Positions 41,904 through 52,830 of a stretch of 64,000 bases of DNA are shown piece by piece; the first letter of the stretch is position 1; every line of letters begins with the position of its first letter. Position numbers and translations under genes: made by a program. This stretch comes from an uncultured Bacillota bacterium (GTDB lineage: Bacteria; Bacillota_I; Bacilli_A; RF39; UBA660): assembly GCA_945867665.1 (NCBI GenBank), contig CAMBIR010000001.1, positions 168,578-232,577 of the forward strand, read 5' to 3'. Under the pieces are notes generated by a model. The model was not told where the DNA came from. It made no database searches and was given only the letters and a program-made list of their open reading frames with translations.

Positions 41904-41980
41904 TGGTGCCCATAATGAGATTCAAACTCATGACCTTTTCCTTCGGAGGGAAACGCTCTATTCAGCTGAGCTATATGGGC
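41904..41980 (-). tRNA. tRNA-Arg(CCG) with non-canonical A19 and T56
   Basis: GCCCATA/TATGGGC acceptor stem, GCTC/GAGC D stem, TTTCC-CTCCGAA-GGAAA anticodon arm, ATGAG-TTTGAAT-CTCAT T arm, encoded CCA, A20 Arg identity base. Confidence 0.9.
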
Positions 41981-42004
41981 ATAAAAAGTAGTTCTAGAAT
42001 AGAA

Positions 42005-42526
42005 CTATTTTATAAGAGGCCTTAAATAAAGTTTATTTCTCCTAAAATTATTCCTATTACCTGTTTGCCAAACACTTACCATATCTAATAATTTATCATC
42101 ATTACTGAAAGTTATTAGATGATGCTTTAAAATTACCAATTCCTCCTTATTAAACGGATAGAGATTAATATATTTAATTAATTCACTTTCATTAGAACTT
42201 AAAACTTTCTCTAATATATCTTTTCTCGTTAATACCTTTTTTATTACCATCTCTTCGCTAACTAGCATAGGTGATGCTTGATAATTTGCATCTTCTACCA
42301 TTACGATTCGTCCACTTTCCTCTACTTCACAATAAATATTATTAAGAGATGGATTAAAATAACGAAAAGTATCAGCAAGACTGGTTGCCATATGAAACCC
42401 ATGCCCATTATTTTCACCAAAATTTAGACTTTCCTTATCTTTTTGATACAATTTCCCAACTTCAAATTGAGTCCCATATTTATTAGTAAGATTTTCTTTA
42501 AATCCCTTATATGCAGTAACACTCAT
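42005..42526 (-). CDS. Hypothetical protein with phage-associated YKGF/GFH domain (DUF7666-like)
   Basis: AYKGF...QFEVGKLY...GFHMA...TFRYF...YCEVE pattern; GAGGGGG RBS. Confidence 0.6.
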   Translation of the reverse strand: MSVTAYKGFKENLTNKYGTQFEVGKLYQKDKESLNFGENNGHGFHMATSLADTFRYFNPSLNNIYCEVEESGRIVMVEDANYQASPMLVSEEMVIKKVLTRKDILEKVLSSNESELIKYINLYPFNKEELVILKHHLITFSNDDKLLDMVSVWQTGNRNNFRRNKLYLRPLIK

Positions 42527-42600
42527 TCGATTCCCCCTCTTTTATTAATACAATATTATAACATATTTTAAAAAATTATCAAGAGAGTAACGTGATTTTT

Positions 42601-43398
42601 TTACTTCTCCGTTAAGTTTGTTGCATTAATAGCGATTCCCATAACAAAAACATAACTAATTATATATATCCACATCATTAAGATAATGATACTCGATAAG
42701 TTTCCATAGATTACATTATAGTTGGCAAAATATTTTAAGTAATAACTAAATATAGCCGTTGCAATAGTCCAAATTACTGTTGTGAATATAGAACCGTAAG
42801 TGGTACTTTTACTTGGAATTTTTTTATCGGGAGCAATTGTATATAGTAGTTTTAAATTTGCATAAATTAAGAAAAAAGTTGTTGGCCACTTTAGTAGCTT
42901 ATAGAGTGATTTTATTTCTTTTATGAAATGGCTAGTTCCTAAGAGTGATAGAATCTTTTCTCCAAACATGGGAACTAATAATAAGAAAATGATTAATAGT
43001 AATAAGATAAATAGTAAAAGAACCGACTTTACTCTATTTTTTAAGTTATCACTATTCTCTACTTGATATAAGGTGTTGGCGGCATTAATAATAGCATAAG
43101 TTCCATTGGAGGCTGCAAATAAAGCAATAATACTAAAAGCACCAACACTTCTATCAAATCCTTTTCCGGAAATGGCATCAATAATGACTTTTCCTGCTTC
43201 CTTTGGAAGAAGATTATTAATAAAATCAATAACAACATCTATGGAAATAGAAAAATAAGAAGAGATTGCTACTAAAATGGTAATAATTGGAAATAGTGCT
43301 AAGACAAAAAAGAAGGCAACATTTCCTGGAAGAACACGCATTTCCATTCGATTAAAAAGAGAAAATGCTTTTTTGGCATAATACTTAAAATTTTCCAT
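42601..43398 (-). CDS. YihY/virulence factor BrkB family membrane protein
   Basis: AFFFVLALFP, ASNG..AI..A.N..Y, LY..AP, YN.IYGNL. Confidence 0.9.
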   Translation of the reverse strand: MENFKYYAKKAFSLFNRMEMRVLPGNVAFFFVLALFPIITILVAISSYFSISIDVVIDFINNLLPKEAGKVIIDAISGKGFDRSVGAFSIIALFAASNGTYAIINAANTLYQVENSDNLKNRVKSVLLLFILLLLIIFLLLVPMFGEKILSLLGTSHFIKEIKSLYKLLKWPTTFFLIYANLKLLYTIAPDKKIPSKSTTYGSIFTTVIWTIATAIFSYYLKYFANYNVIYGNLSSIIILMMWIYIISYVFVMGIAINATNLTEK

Positions 43399-43408
43399 TT
43401 GTCCTCCT

Positions 43409-45421
43409 TTATTTTCTTTTTTCTTTATTTTTCATCATCATTAAAATTGCTTCATTAATAGCGTCATCAACTGTTTTTACTTCGTCTGTAATCATGCTAT
43501 ATCCGATTTCTACTCCTAAAGAGTTAGGAATATCTTTCATTAATTTGACAAGACGTTTGGTATAGTCTGATACCTTCTTTTCTTCATATCCAACCATATA
43601 GATTAAAAATTCATCTCCACCGCTACGAATAATATCTGTATTTTCTAATTGATTATTAATTAGGATGCTAGCAGTTTTTTTGATGATTTCATCACCGGCT
43701 TCTCTTCCTAATTTATCATTTACTTCTTTTATGTGATTTAAGTCTAAAACGACTACACTTTGTGGGAAGATGACATTCTCATCCCAAGAATAGATGTTTA
43801 AATTTAGATAACTTCTATTTTTTAAAGATGTCATTGGGTCAATATATTTTAAGATATCTTCTTTACTCATTAATTTATTGGTAAGATTTTTTTTGTTTAA
43901 AAAGAAAAGAGAGAGTGCAAGAGCAAGAAGAAGGATAAGAAGAAAGATAAATACTTTGATTGTTGTATAGTCTTTATCAATAGTAATTGAAGTTTTATAT
44001 AAGTATTTTATTTGTTCATAATTCATGTTATTAACATAATAGTCAAATAGTTGATTAAAGGTTTTGTTTGCATTGTTCATGATAAATTTATAACCGTTTA
44101 AAATGGTAGATTCATAATTTATTTTGTAAGTTTTTAACTTGGTGTCTTTATAATAAATATAGGTTTGTTTATCGAGAAGGATAATGCTATTATCATCGAT
44201 GTTTCTTAATAATTCGTCCGTGTTTGTAAAGGCGTTGGTATCTACTTCATTTTCTTTGCATAATTCGTCTAAAAGGCTTCCACTTACAGTCATTACGTGG
44301 TAATTTTTTAGTCCTTTGATGGAATTCATTACATAATTTTGTTTGCTTAAGATGACATAGTCTAGATTTTTAATTGGGGCAGTTAAATACTTATTCATAT
44401 TTAATTTTTCGTTGGAGAAATTAGCTAAGGCAAAATCTATTTCATTACTAATTAAAGCACTTTTTAAGTCATCAATACTGTTATATCTTACTACTTCAAT
44501 ATCGGTATTAGCGACTTTATCAAAATCTTCTAAGTAATTGGAAATGGTACCAACGAATTCATTGCTATTATTATTTTCGTAAGGCATATTGACAACATAG
44601 CCATATTTGTAGGATTTGGCATTATAATTTTTTTGTTCTACCGAAGAAGTAGATGTACTTGTAAAGTAAGTTTTTAAGTAATTGTTGTGGTAAGAATCAT
44701 TGTATTCATTTTTTAAATATTCTAAGTAAGTTTTCTTTAAAATATTATAAATGGTTTCATCTTTTACTCTTAGGGCATAATTTAATTTTAAGTCCGTTAA
44801 ATGGTAGTTGATGAACCAATTATTTTTTAAAATACTATCCATATATTTATTGGTTGGTAGGACAATGCTATCTATTTCATTATTTTTTAAGGCATTAGAT
44901 AACTGTTCAATACTAGAATAGGCTGTTAATTCTACTGGTTTGGTAAAATAAGGGATAAGTATTTTTTCATCTTCTTCTAAATAACCTAGACGGATGTTTT
45001 TCGTGAAATCAATTGTTTTTTCTTTTTCTAAAGAAAGACAGGCGTAATAATCTTCATATAAGATAATGTCTTGTTTTTCTATTTTTTCACTATTATTTAA
45101 TACAACGAAAGAGATATCTCCTAAATTTTTTTTGGATGTGGTATAATACGAAATTTTGTTAAAGTTTATGTTTGCTTCTTTTGTTGTATAGTTTAGAAAG
45201 TCAAAGATCATTCCTTCACCATTATAACCAAAAACAGGGATATCATTATAAACATCAACGTCTATCATTTTGTTGATATTGTCTGTAATCCATTTCTTTT
45301 CTAAAACAGTTAAAGAAGTATCATCCTTACTATAATTCAAGGTGAATATAATTCCTGCTGTTAGAAAGATTAAGATAACTAAGATTATGGTAATTATGGT
45401 ATTTCTTTTTTTATTCGTCAT
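43409..45421 (-). CDS. Diguanylate cyclase with extracellular solute-binding-like sensor domains
   Basis: TM, large extracellular region, TM, then DPMTSLKNR, D..IKEVND.LG...GD, RSGGDEF. Confidence 0.85.
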   Translation of the reverse strand: MTNKKRNTIITIILVILIFLTAGIIFTLNYSKDDTSLTVLEKKWITDNINKMIDVDVYNDIPVFGYNGEGMIFDFLNYTTKEANINFNKISYYTTSKKNLGDISFVVLNNSEKIEKQDIILYEDYYACLSLEKEKTIDFTKNIRLGYLEEDEKILIPYFTKPVELTAYSSIEQLSNALKNNEIDSIVLPTNKYMDSILKNNWFINYHLTDLKLNYALRVKDETIYNILKKTYLEYLKNEYNDSYHNNYLKTYFTSTSTSSVEQKNYNAKSYKYGYVVNMPYENNNSNEFVGTISNYLEDFDKVANTDIEVVRYNSIDDLKSALISNEIDFALANFSNEKLNMNKYLTAPIKNLDYVILSKQNYVMNSIKGLKNYHVMTVSGSLLDELCKENEVDTNAFTNTDELLRNIDDNSIILLDKQTYIYYKDTKLKTYKINYESTILNGYKFIMNNANKTFNQLFDYYVNNMNYEQIKYLYKTSITIDKDYTTIKVFIFLLILLLALALSLFFLNKKNLTNKLMSKEDILKYIDPMTSLKNRSYLNLNIYSWDENVIFPQSVVVLDLNHIKEVNDKLGREAGDEIIKKTASILINNQLENTDIIRSGGDEFLIYMVGYEEKKVSDYTKRLVKLMKDIPNSLGVEIGYSMITDEVKTVDDAINEAILMMMKNKEKRK

Positions 45422-45430
45422 AAAAATCAC

Positions 45431-45916
45431 CTAACTTTTAATCCAGCTAATACCATCTTTTTCATTGCTTTTACTTCCTGTTACAACAAAGCCTTTATCC
45501 TCTTTATTCTCTGTTTCTTTTTGGGTTAAATAGTAGCCAATGTCATAGTATTTTTTGTTTGCATCAGTTATTTTTGTTAAAGACTCTGCTGCAATTTCTT
45601 TGGCTTTATCTAGGGAAACATCACGGTTATAGACGATATGAATATAAATAATTTTGCCTTGAATCCGTACGCTAGCCTCATCAACTTCGGCTTTTTCTTT
45701 TAGATAAGATGTTAGATCATTTTGTTCACTTTTACTAACAACGTGGCTTTCTATTCCTTTTAGTCTGTCTCCATATTTGTTACTAGAACCAATAAATAAA
45801 TTAAAGAAAACATACATCATGATTACTAGAACAACAAGGGTTAAAAATACAATTGCAGATAATAGTTTGTGTCTTGTAATTAAATTTTTTAAATTTTTGA
45901 AAAAGTTTTTCATCAT
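45431..45916 (-). CDS. Membrane-anchored hypothetical protein
   Basis: N-terminal TM then a soluble domain (KYGDRLKGI); abuts the GGDEF gene. Confidence 0.7.
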   Translation of the reverse strand: MMKNFFKNLKNLITRHKLLSAIVFLTLVVLVIMMYVFFNLFIGSSNKYGDRLKGIESHVVSKSEQNDLTSYLKEKAEVDEASVRIQGKIIYIHIVYNRDVSLDKAKEIAAESLTKITDANKKYYDIGYYLTQKETENKEDKGFVVTGSKSNEKDGISWIKS

Positions 45917-45999
45917 ATACCTCCATATTCTTACTTTATTATACTATAAAATAAAATGATTAGCAATTTATTTTATAGTTTAAACAATACTTAAGTAGT

Positions 46000-47142
<1,143 letters not shown>

Positions 47143-47204
47143 TCATTTTTTTTATTTTCTGTAAAATACTTCAATTGTTCTTTCTTTTTAGCGTATGGAC
47201 TTAA

Positions 47205-47239
47205 AAAAATACCTATAATCTCTTATAAGTATTTTTTAA
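47205..47239 (-). terminator. Intrinsic terminator after pbp
   Basis: AAAAAATACTTATAA-loop-TTATAGGTATTTTTT on the minus strand. Confidence 0.55.
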
Positions 47240-47314
47240 CACAATTATTTTAATTTTTTGTATTCATTGATAATAAGGTATCCCCAATAGTGCAAACTCA
47301 TAATTTTTTGATAT

Positions 47315-49477
47315 CTATTCTGGTAGTCCGCCACTTAGGACTAGATTTACAGTGGCATCATTTCCAACAATAATTCCTTCAGGGATACTTTGGGAGACGA
47401 CATATCCTTTTCCTTCTAGATTATATTTTACTCCCATTAATTTTAGAATATTCATTGCGTCTTTATAGGATAGGCCAATTAAGGATGGCATCGCTTTATC
47501 GTAATTATTTGTTAGTAGGGCAACAGTACTTCCTTTATAAAGTTTGATGGATTTTTTTGGGTATTGGGAGATTATTTTATCGCCTGTTCCTAGGATATAT
47601 AATTTGGTGTTGGACTCTAATTCACTTTTTATGGTACTTGTTGTTTTGTTAATATAGTTTCCTAGGGTATAAGTTGTTGTTTTGTTATTATCGGATACAA
47701 TATTTAAGTATTTGCTTGTATTTACGATGATGTCTTTTACGGCTGGCGCTACATAGTTTGTTGTATCTTTTGGTTTTTTTAGACCTGCATAAACAATAAT
47801 TTCTGGGTTATCTGTTGGATAAATTCCAGCAAAAGAATAAATGTAGTCTGATTTTCCAGTCATGTATGTTCCGGTTTTTTCATCATAAATTTGAGCAGTT
47901 CCTGTTTTTCCCATGATGGGATATCCTTCCATATAGTAAGAACTTCCTGTACATTTGCTTGAATCGTTACATACAACGCTTTTCATTAGTTCCTTAATTT
48001 TAGCAATATTTTTACTGTCACTTACTACATCAATGACTTCCGTCATTTCTTCTTGTTTTACTTTTTTGGTATCAGCATCTTCTATTTTAGAGATAATATA
48101 TGGTCTTAGCAGTTTTCCATCGTTGCTAATTGCTGTTAGAGCTTGGATCATTTGTATTGGAGTAATCGTGATAGCCTGACCAAAGGTAGCTGAGGCAGCA
48201 TCAACGTCATAGTTAAATTTTACTTTACCACTAACTTCTCTTTTTAGGGTAAAACCTGTTTTTTTGCCAAATCCATAGTTATTATAACAACTTCTTAGTG
48301 TTTTTTTATCTATCATATTGCTTCTTAGAAGTCCGGCAGCGCCAACATTAGAACTCATAGAAAAGCCATAATCGTAAGTAATGACTCCCCAACCTACTTT
48401 ATTCCAATCATGAACAACGGTTTTACTTCCATCATTTGCTACATACTCAATTTCACCAGACTGATAAGTACTTGTACCGTCATAAGAACCTTTATCCATT
48501 GCACAAAGATAGGAAAATATTTTCATTGTACTCCCCGGTTCATAAGAAAGTCCTGTCATCAAATCAATATAACTGGTCATATTTTTTTTGTTTGGGTCAA
48601 AGGAAGGAGACGCGGTGTAGGCTAAGATGGCTCCTGTTTTTGCATCAGCAACAATCATGAAGCCCCACTCTGCTTTGCTATCAGTCATCATTTTTTTGAC
48701 GGCATTTTCACTAAAAAGTTGAATATTATTATCTATTGTTAGATAGATGTTATCCCCATCACTGGCTTCCTCAACATACTCACGACCGTTTGCTATTTTG
48801 TAACCTTGTCTATCTTTTTCATAGGTTTTGTAACCACTTCGTCCAGTAAGAGCTTCATTATAGTACTCTTCTACTCCAAGTTGTCCTACTTTCCAAGTAT
48901 TATTATCTGTATCTTTTTCATTAACGGTATAACCAATCGCATAGGAAGCAAAATCACCGTTTGGATAATATCTTTTGGTACTTGCGATAAAGTCGATTCC
49001 TGGTAAATTTAAGTTTTTAATTTCTTCCATTTGGATTTGACTTAAATTTCTTCCTCCAGGGCCTAATTCTACTTGATAGGCATCTTTTTTTAATAATATT
49101 TTTAATACTTCTACGTCCATATTTAAATAAGGAGCAAGTTTTTCTGCCGTGATATCTGGATCTACAACATGAAGTGGAGTTTCACTTCCTTCACTTCTTC
49201 TTTTATCTAAGTAAGCAATAACGGTATAACTTGCGACATCTTCGGCTAAAACATTGCCATTTTTATCTAAAATACTTCCTCTTTTGGGAAGAAGAATTTC
49301 TTCTTTGGTGTTTCTTTTTTTTATAAAAGCGGTAATATTTTCATCGCCTACCATATAATCTGTTGTACAAAGATAAACGATTCTTAAAGCAAAGATGAAA
49401 AAAAGAAAGATGGTTAAGGGAAACATAATATAATTAGGCTTAATCTTGTTGATATTGATTTTTTTTCTTTTTGCCAT
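47315..49477 (-). CDS. Class B penicillin-binding protein with PASTA domains (FtsI/Pbp2B-type)
   Basis: PKRGSILD, KRYYP, EPGSTMK (SxxK), SSN, GKTGTAQ, two PASTA domains; follows rsmH-ftsL. Confidence 0.92.
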   Translation of the reverse strand: MAKRKKININKIKPNYIMFPLTIFLFFIFALRIVYLCTTDYMVGDENITAFIKKRNTKEEILLPKRGSILDKNGNVLAEDVASYTVIAYLDKRRSEGSETPLHVVDPDITAEKLAPYLNMDVEVLKILLKKDAYQVELGPGGRNLSQIQMEEIKNLNLPGIDFIASTKRYYPNGDFASYAIGYTVNEKDTDNNTWKVGQLGVEEYYNEALTGRSGYKTYEKDRQGYKIANGREYVEEASDGDNIYLTIDNNIQLFSENAVKKMMTDSKAEWGFMIVADAKTGAILAYTASPSFDPNKKNMTSYIDLMTGLSYEPGSTMKIFSYLCAMDKGSYDGTSTYQSGEIEYVANDGSKTVVHDWNKVGWGVITYDYGFSMSSNVGAAGLLRSNMIDKKTLRSCYNNYGFGKKTGFTLKREVSGKVKFNYDVDAASATFGQAITITPIQMIQALTAISNDGKLLRPYIISKIEDADTKKVKQEEMTEVIDVVSDSKNIAKIKELMKSVVCNDSSKCTGSSYYMEGYPIMGKTGTAQIYDEKTGTYMTGKSDYIYSFAGIYPTDNPEIIVYAGLKKPKDTTNYVAPAVKDIIVNTSKYLNIVSDNNKTTTYTLGNYINKTTSTIKSELESNTKLYILGTGDKIISQYPKKSIKLYKGSTVALLTNNYDKAMPSLIGLSYKDAMNILKLMGVKYNLEGKGYVVSQSIPEGIIVGNDATVNLVLSGGLPE

Positions 49478-49503
49478 GGACGTTCCTTCTTTCTTTTTCT
49501 TTT

Positions 49504-49794
49504 TTAATCGATGGTTTTAATATTTTCACTATGGTAATCTAGGCCGTAGCGTTCACTGATTTCTTTTAAATTATCTAAAGCGGTCATTTCATCAATCTTC
49601 ATATTTAAACTTTCGATACGCTTTCTTTGTTTTTCAACCTCACTATCTAGTTTTTGGATATCTAAATTCATTCTTGCTAAGGTTGTTTCATTACAAACAA
49701 TTCCTACGATTAAAAGGACAATTGTTACGATAAAAAATTGATATAAAAATCTTTCTAATTTACTGAAAAATCTTTTTTTCTTACTTTTCTTCAT
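49504..49794 (-). CDS. ftsL: Cell division protein FtsL
   Basis: Basic N-terminus, TM, coiled coil; lies between rsmH and the PBP gene. Confidence 0.8.
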   Translation of the reverse strand: MKKSKKKRFFSKLERFLYQFFIVTIVLLIVGIVCNETTLARMNLDIQKLDSEVEKQRKRIESLNMKIDEMTALDNLKEISERYGLDYHSENIKTID

Positions 49795-49795
49795 T

Positions 49796-50719
49796 TTATT
49801 TTATCCTTTCGATTACTCTAAGTCTTGCACTGTGGGAGCGGTAATTTTCTTCTAACTCTGCTTGGCTAGCGGTGATACCACTGGTTATTATTTTATATTT
49901 GGGTTGATATTCTTCTGGAAGGTAAGGTAAATTTTTCATCTTATCAGGGATGCTACTATGTTCTTTAAAGATATTTTTTACCATTTTATCTTCTAGGGAA
50001 TGAAAACTAATCACACAACATCTTCCTCCAGGGGCTAATAAATCTAGGGCTTGTTCTAAGCCAATTTTTAATACTTCTAGTTCATGATTTACTTCAATGC
50101 GAATGGCTTGGAATGTTTTTCTAGCTGGGTGAGAATCACGCATCGCTTTATAAGGCATACTCTTCTTTACTATTTCTACTAACTGGAAAGTTGTTTCAAT
50201 GGGGTGATTTGTTCTTTCTTTTTCAATATTTCGAGCAATACTAGTAGCATATTTTTCTTCACCATAATTTTTTAAGATACGAACTAAATCTTGATAGGAA
50301 TAGTTATTGACAACTTCGTAGGCACTAAGAGGGCTTTTGGTATCCATTCGCATATCTAATCTAGCATCCTTATGGAAACTAAAGCCACGGTCTTTTTCAT
50401 CAATTTGAACAGAGGATACTCCTAAATCAAAGAGAATACCATCAATTTTATCTACATGATAATCATTTAAGCGTTCTTTTAAATTAGAAAAATTGCTTCT
50501 AATAATCGTATAGTTTGGAGAAATTGTTTTTAGTTTTTCATCACTTTTTAAAATGGCAAAGTCGTCTTGGTCAAAGCCATACAAATGGCCATTTTTTAAT
50601 CTAGATAAGATTTCGCTACTATGTCCGGCATATCCTAATGTTGCATCGACATAAATTCCATTTTCCTTAATCTGCATATTTTCAATGACTTCTTTTAATA
50701 AAACACTTTTATGATACAC
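49796..50719 (-). CDS. rsmH: 16S rRNA m4C1402 methyltransferase RsmH (MraW)
   Basis: HKSVLLKE, DATLGYAGHS, DLGVSS, LDMRMD, FQAIRIEVN, SFHSLED. Confidence 0.97.
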   Translation of the reverse strand: MYHKSVLLKEVIENMQIKENGIYVDATLGYAGHSSEILSRLKNGHLYGFDQDDFAILKSDEKLKTISPNYTIIRSNFSNLKERLNDYHVDKIDGILFDLGVSSVQIDEKDRGFSFHKDARLDMRMDTKSPLSAYEVVNNYSYQDLVRILKNYGEEKYATSIARNIEKERTNHPIETTFQLVEIVKKSMPYKAMRDSHPARKTFQAIRIEVNHELEVLKIGLEQALDLLAPGGRCCVISFHSLEDKMVKNIFKEHSSIPDKMKNLPYLPEEYQPKYKIITSGITASQAELEENYRSHSARLRVIERIK

Positions 50720-50865
50720 TTATCATCACCCCTTATTTCTTTTTATTATATCATGTTTTTTCTAAATGTAATGGGAAAAGCATACACTTTACATTAAAGT
50801 TAACACTTCTTTTTTCTTGTTGATGCTAAAAAATATTGCTATAATGTTTAAAAGGAGGCACTAGA

Positions 50866-51684
50866 ATGGAAGAAGTAAAAACAAGGGATTTAATGAATCA
50901 AATTTATCAAAGATATGATGAAGAGAACATCTATTTTTTTAATATTCGTTTAGAGGTGTTAAAGATTTATCTTGGGCTAAGAAAACTTTATGGAAAGAAT
51001 AGTGATTGTATTTTAGAACTAAATCTTGTTTATTTAGAAAAAAAGAAAAAACACATGGAATATAATAAAATTTTAAGGTTTATTCTTAAAAATATTGACC
51101 AAATTCAATCTAGGGTAATTGAAGAGGTTTTATCAGAAATGGATGTAATAGTAAAAAACGAAAAAGAATATGGTAAACAATTATTTAAGCAAACTAGAGA
51201 AAAAATTACTGTTGATTTTGAAAAGAAAAAGCAGGGTTATTCTGGAACATTTAATTCTTATTTTAAAAACGAAAGAAAAGATTACGTTTCGTTTTTAGAT
51301 AATTTAAATTTAAAGCAAAAGTTAATTTGGGCCAGTTTAACTTTTGAAGATATTAAAAATTATTTGGATTATCCAGAAGAATTTTTTTTAGAAATCAAAA
51401 AGAGAACTTCTATTATTCCCTACAAGGAAGAAAATTCTAAATTATATGGAGTAAATTTAGAGTGTAATCATCATCGAATTATTGATTATCATCTTGTTAT
51501 TCCAGCAATTGATAATTTAGATACGGCTTTGATTACTGTTTCTGTTCTTAAAGAGGCTTATGATATCTATAGTCTTAAACCTTCTCTTAGTGAAGAAGAT
51601 GCTTTTTTAATTCAAAAAAATGCACAAGAAATTAAGGAAGAATTTCAGAAATATTGTTTTGCTAAACTAAAGAAAAAAATATGA
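50866..51684 (+). CDS. Orphan hypothetical protein
   Basis: 272 aa; AAGGAGG RBS; own TGcTATAAT promoter. Confidence 0.75.
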   Translation: MEEVKTRDLMNQIYQRYDEENIYFFNIRLEVLKIYLGLRKLYGKNSDCILELNLVYLEKKKKHMEYNKILRFILKNIDQIQSRVIEEVLSEMDVIVKNEKEYGKQLFKQTREKITVDFEKKKQGYSGTFNSYFKNERKDYVSFLDNLNLKQKLIWASLTFEDIKNYLDYPEEFFLEIKKRTSIIPYKEENSKLYGVNLECNHHRIIDYHLVIPAIDNLDTALITVSVLKEAYDIYSLKPSLSEEDAFLIQKNAQEIKEEFQKYCFAKLKKKI

Positions 51685-51703
51685 TTTTTTAAGGCCATAT
51701 TTT

Positions 51704-51988
51704 TTATTGAATAAATTCTTTTAATTTGTTTTCAGGGATAAAGCCCACGTTTCTTTTTCTTTCTTTTCCATTTTCAAATAAGATTAAACAAGGGATACTC
51801 ATCACGGCGTATTCTCTAGCTAAATCTTGATATTCATCAACATTTACTTTCAGTATTTTTATTCCCTCTAAATTTTCTAAAATTGGGCTTAACATTTTGC
51901 ACGGTCCACACCAATTGGCATAAAAGTCCACTAATGTTTTTTCTTTGATAAGAGAAGAAAAATCTTCTCCAGCATAATGTTTAATCAT
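51704..51988 (-). CDS. trxA: Thioredoxin
   Basis: VDFYANWCGPCKML, VMSIP. Confidence 0.93.
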   Translation of the reverse strand: MIKHYAGEDFSSLIKEKTLVDFYANWCGPCKMLSPILENLEGIKILKVNVDEYQDLAREYAVMSIPCLILFENGKERKRNVGFIPENKLKEFIQ

Positions 51989-52736
51989 TGTATCTCTCCT
52001 TTAATTCATGATAAAAATTGTCGTTATCTTCGTATCTATCTAGTAAGCTTTTATCTTCAATAATAATTTTGTTTGCTTCTACTAGTTTTTGTGCACTACT
52101 TTTGGTGATTAACTTGTGGTCAAGAAGACTTGCTAAAACAAGGGTATTTACCTCTTCATTTGAGTGCTTATCTTTATTCTTTATTGTCTCCCACACATCA
52201 CTATAGACTTTGACTGTACCGTCTACCATTTCAGATAAGATTGGGGTATTTTTTAAAATCGCATTGCCAAACTTAGAATCATTAACAAAATTAAGATTAA
52301 GGATAGGCATATTTAGAATGTACAAGATTAAGAAAATATATACATAATACTCCAAAACGCCAATTACTAATCCAATGATTTTAGAAGGTAGACTTAAGAA
52401 AATCGTCATCTTTACTAACCATTCCACTAATCCTGTAATTACAATTAATACTTTTAATATAAACATTAAAGCAGTAAAAATAATCAAAAAGGAAATTAGC
52501 TGGTACAACAAGATATTTAAGGCATCCATTCCTTTGATGATACCAAAGAAATTAAAAAATGGTAAGTTTTCATACATAAGAACCATTAACTTATCTTTTA
52601 AATAAAAAGAAATTATAATGACCAAGAAAAATCCAATAAATCTTGTTATTTCTTTAATTGCACCACTTTTAAATCCAACAATCCCCCCTAGGGCTAAAAA
52701 AAGTATGATAAACACATCAACAATTCCTATTACCAT
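51981..52736 (-). CDS. CvpA (colicin V production) family membrane protein
   Basis: D..I......G...GFKSGAIKE, four TM helices; divergent from rnhC as for Bacillus yshB; ATG 52736 after GGAG. Confidence 0.8.
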   Translation of the reverse strand: MVIGIVDVFIILFLALGGIVGFKSGAIKEITRFIGFFLVIIISFYLKDKLMVLMYENLPFFNFFGIIKGMDALNILLYQLISFLIIFTALMFILKVLIVITGLVEWLVKMTIFLSLPSKIIGLVIGVLEYYVYIFLILYILNMPILNLNFVNDSKFGNAILKNTPILSEMVDGTVKVYSDVWETIKNKDKHSNEEVNTLVLASLLDHKLITKSSAQKLVEANKIIIEDKSLLDRYEDNDNFYHELKERYND

Positions 52737-52830
52737 ATCCATCTCTCCTCTACTAATACTAGTATATAACAAAATATTTCAAAAATAAATCATTTTGTGT
52801 TAAAATAGGAAAAGAAAGTGATGTGATGAA

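Noticed and set aside
41825-42025. 66-aa ORF on the + strand
   Set aside because: Antisense to tRNA-Arg(CCG); artefact.
45431-45916. Possible yajC downstream of tgt
   Set aside because: Too long and lacks the YajC pattern (GD.V.T.GG..G).
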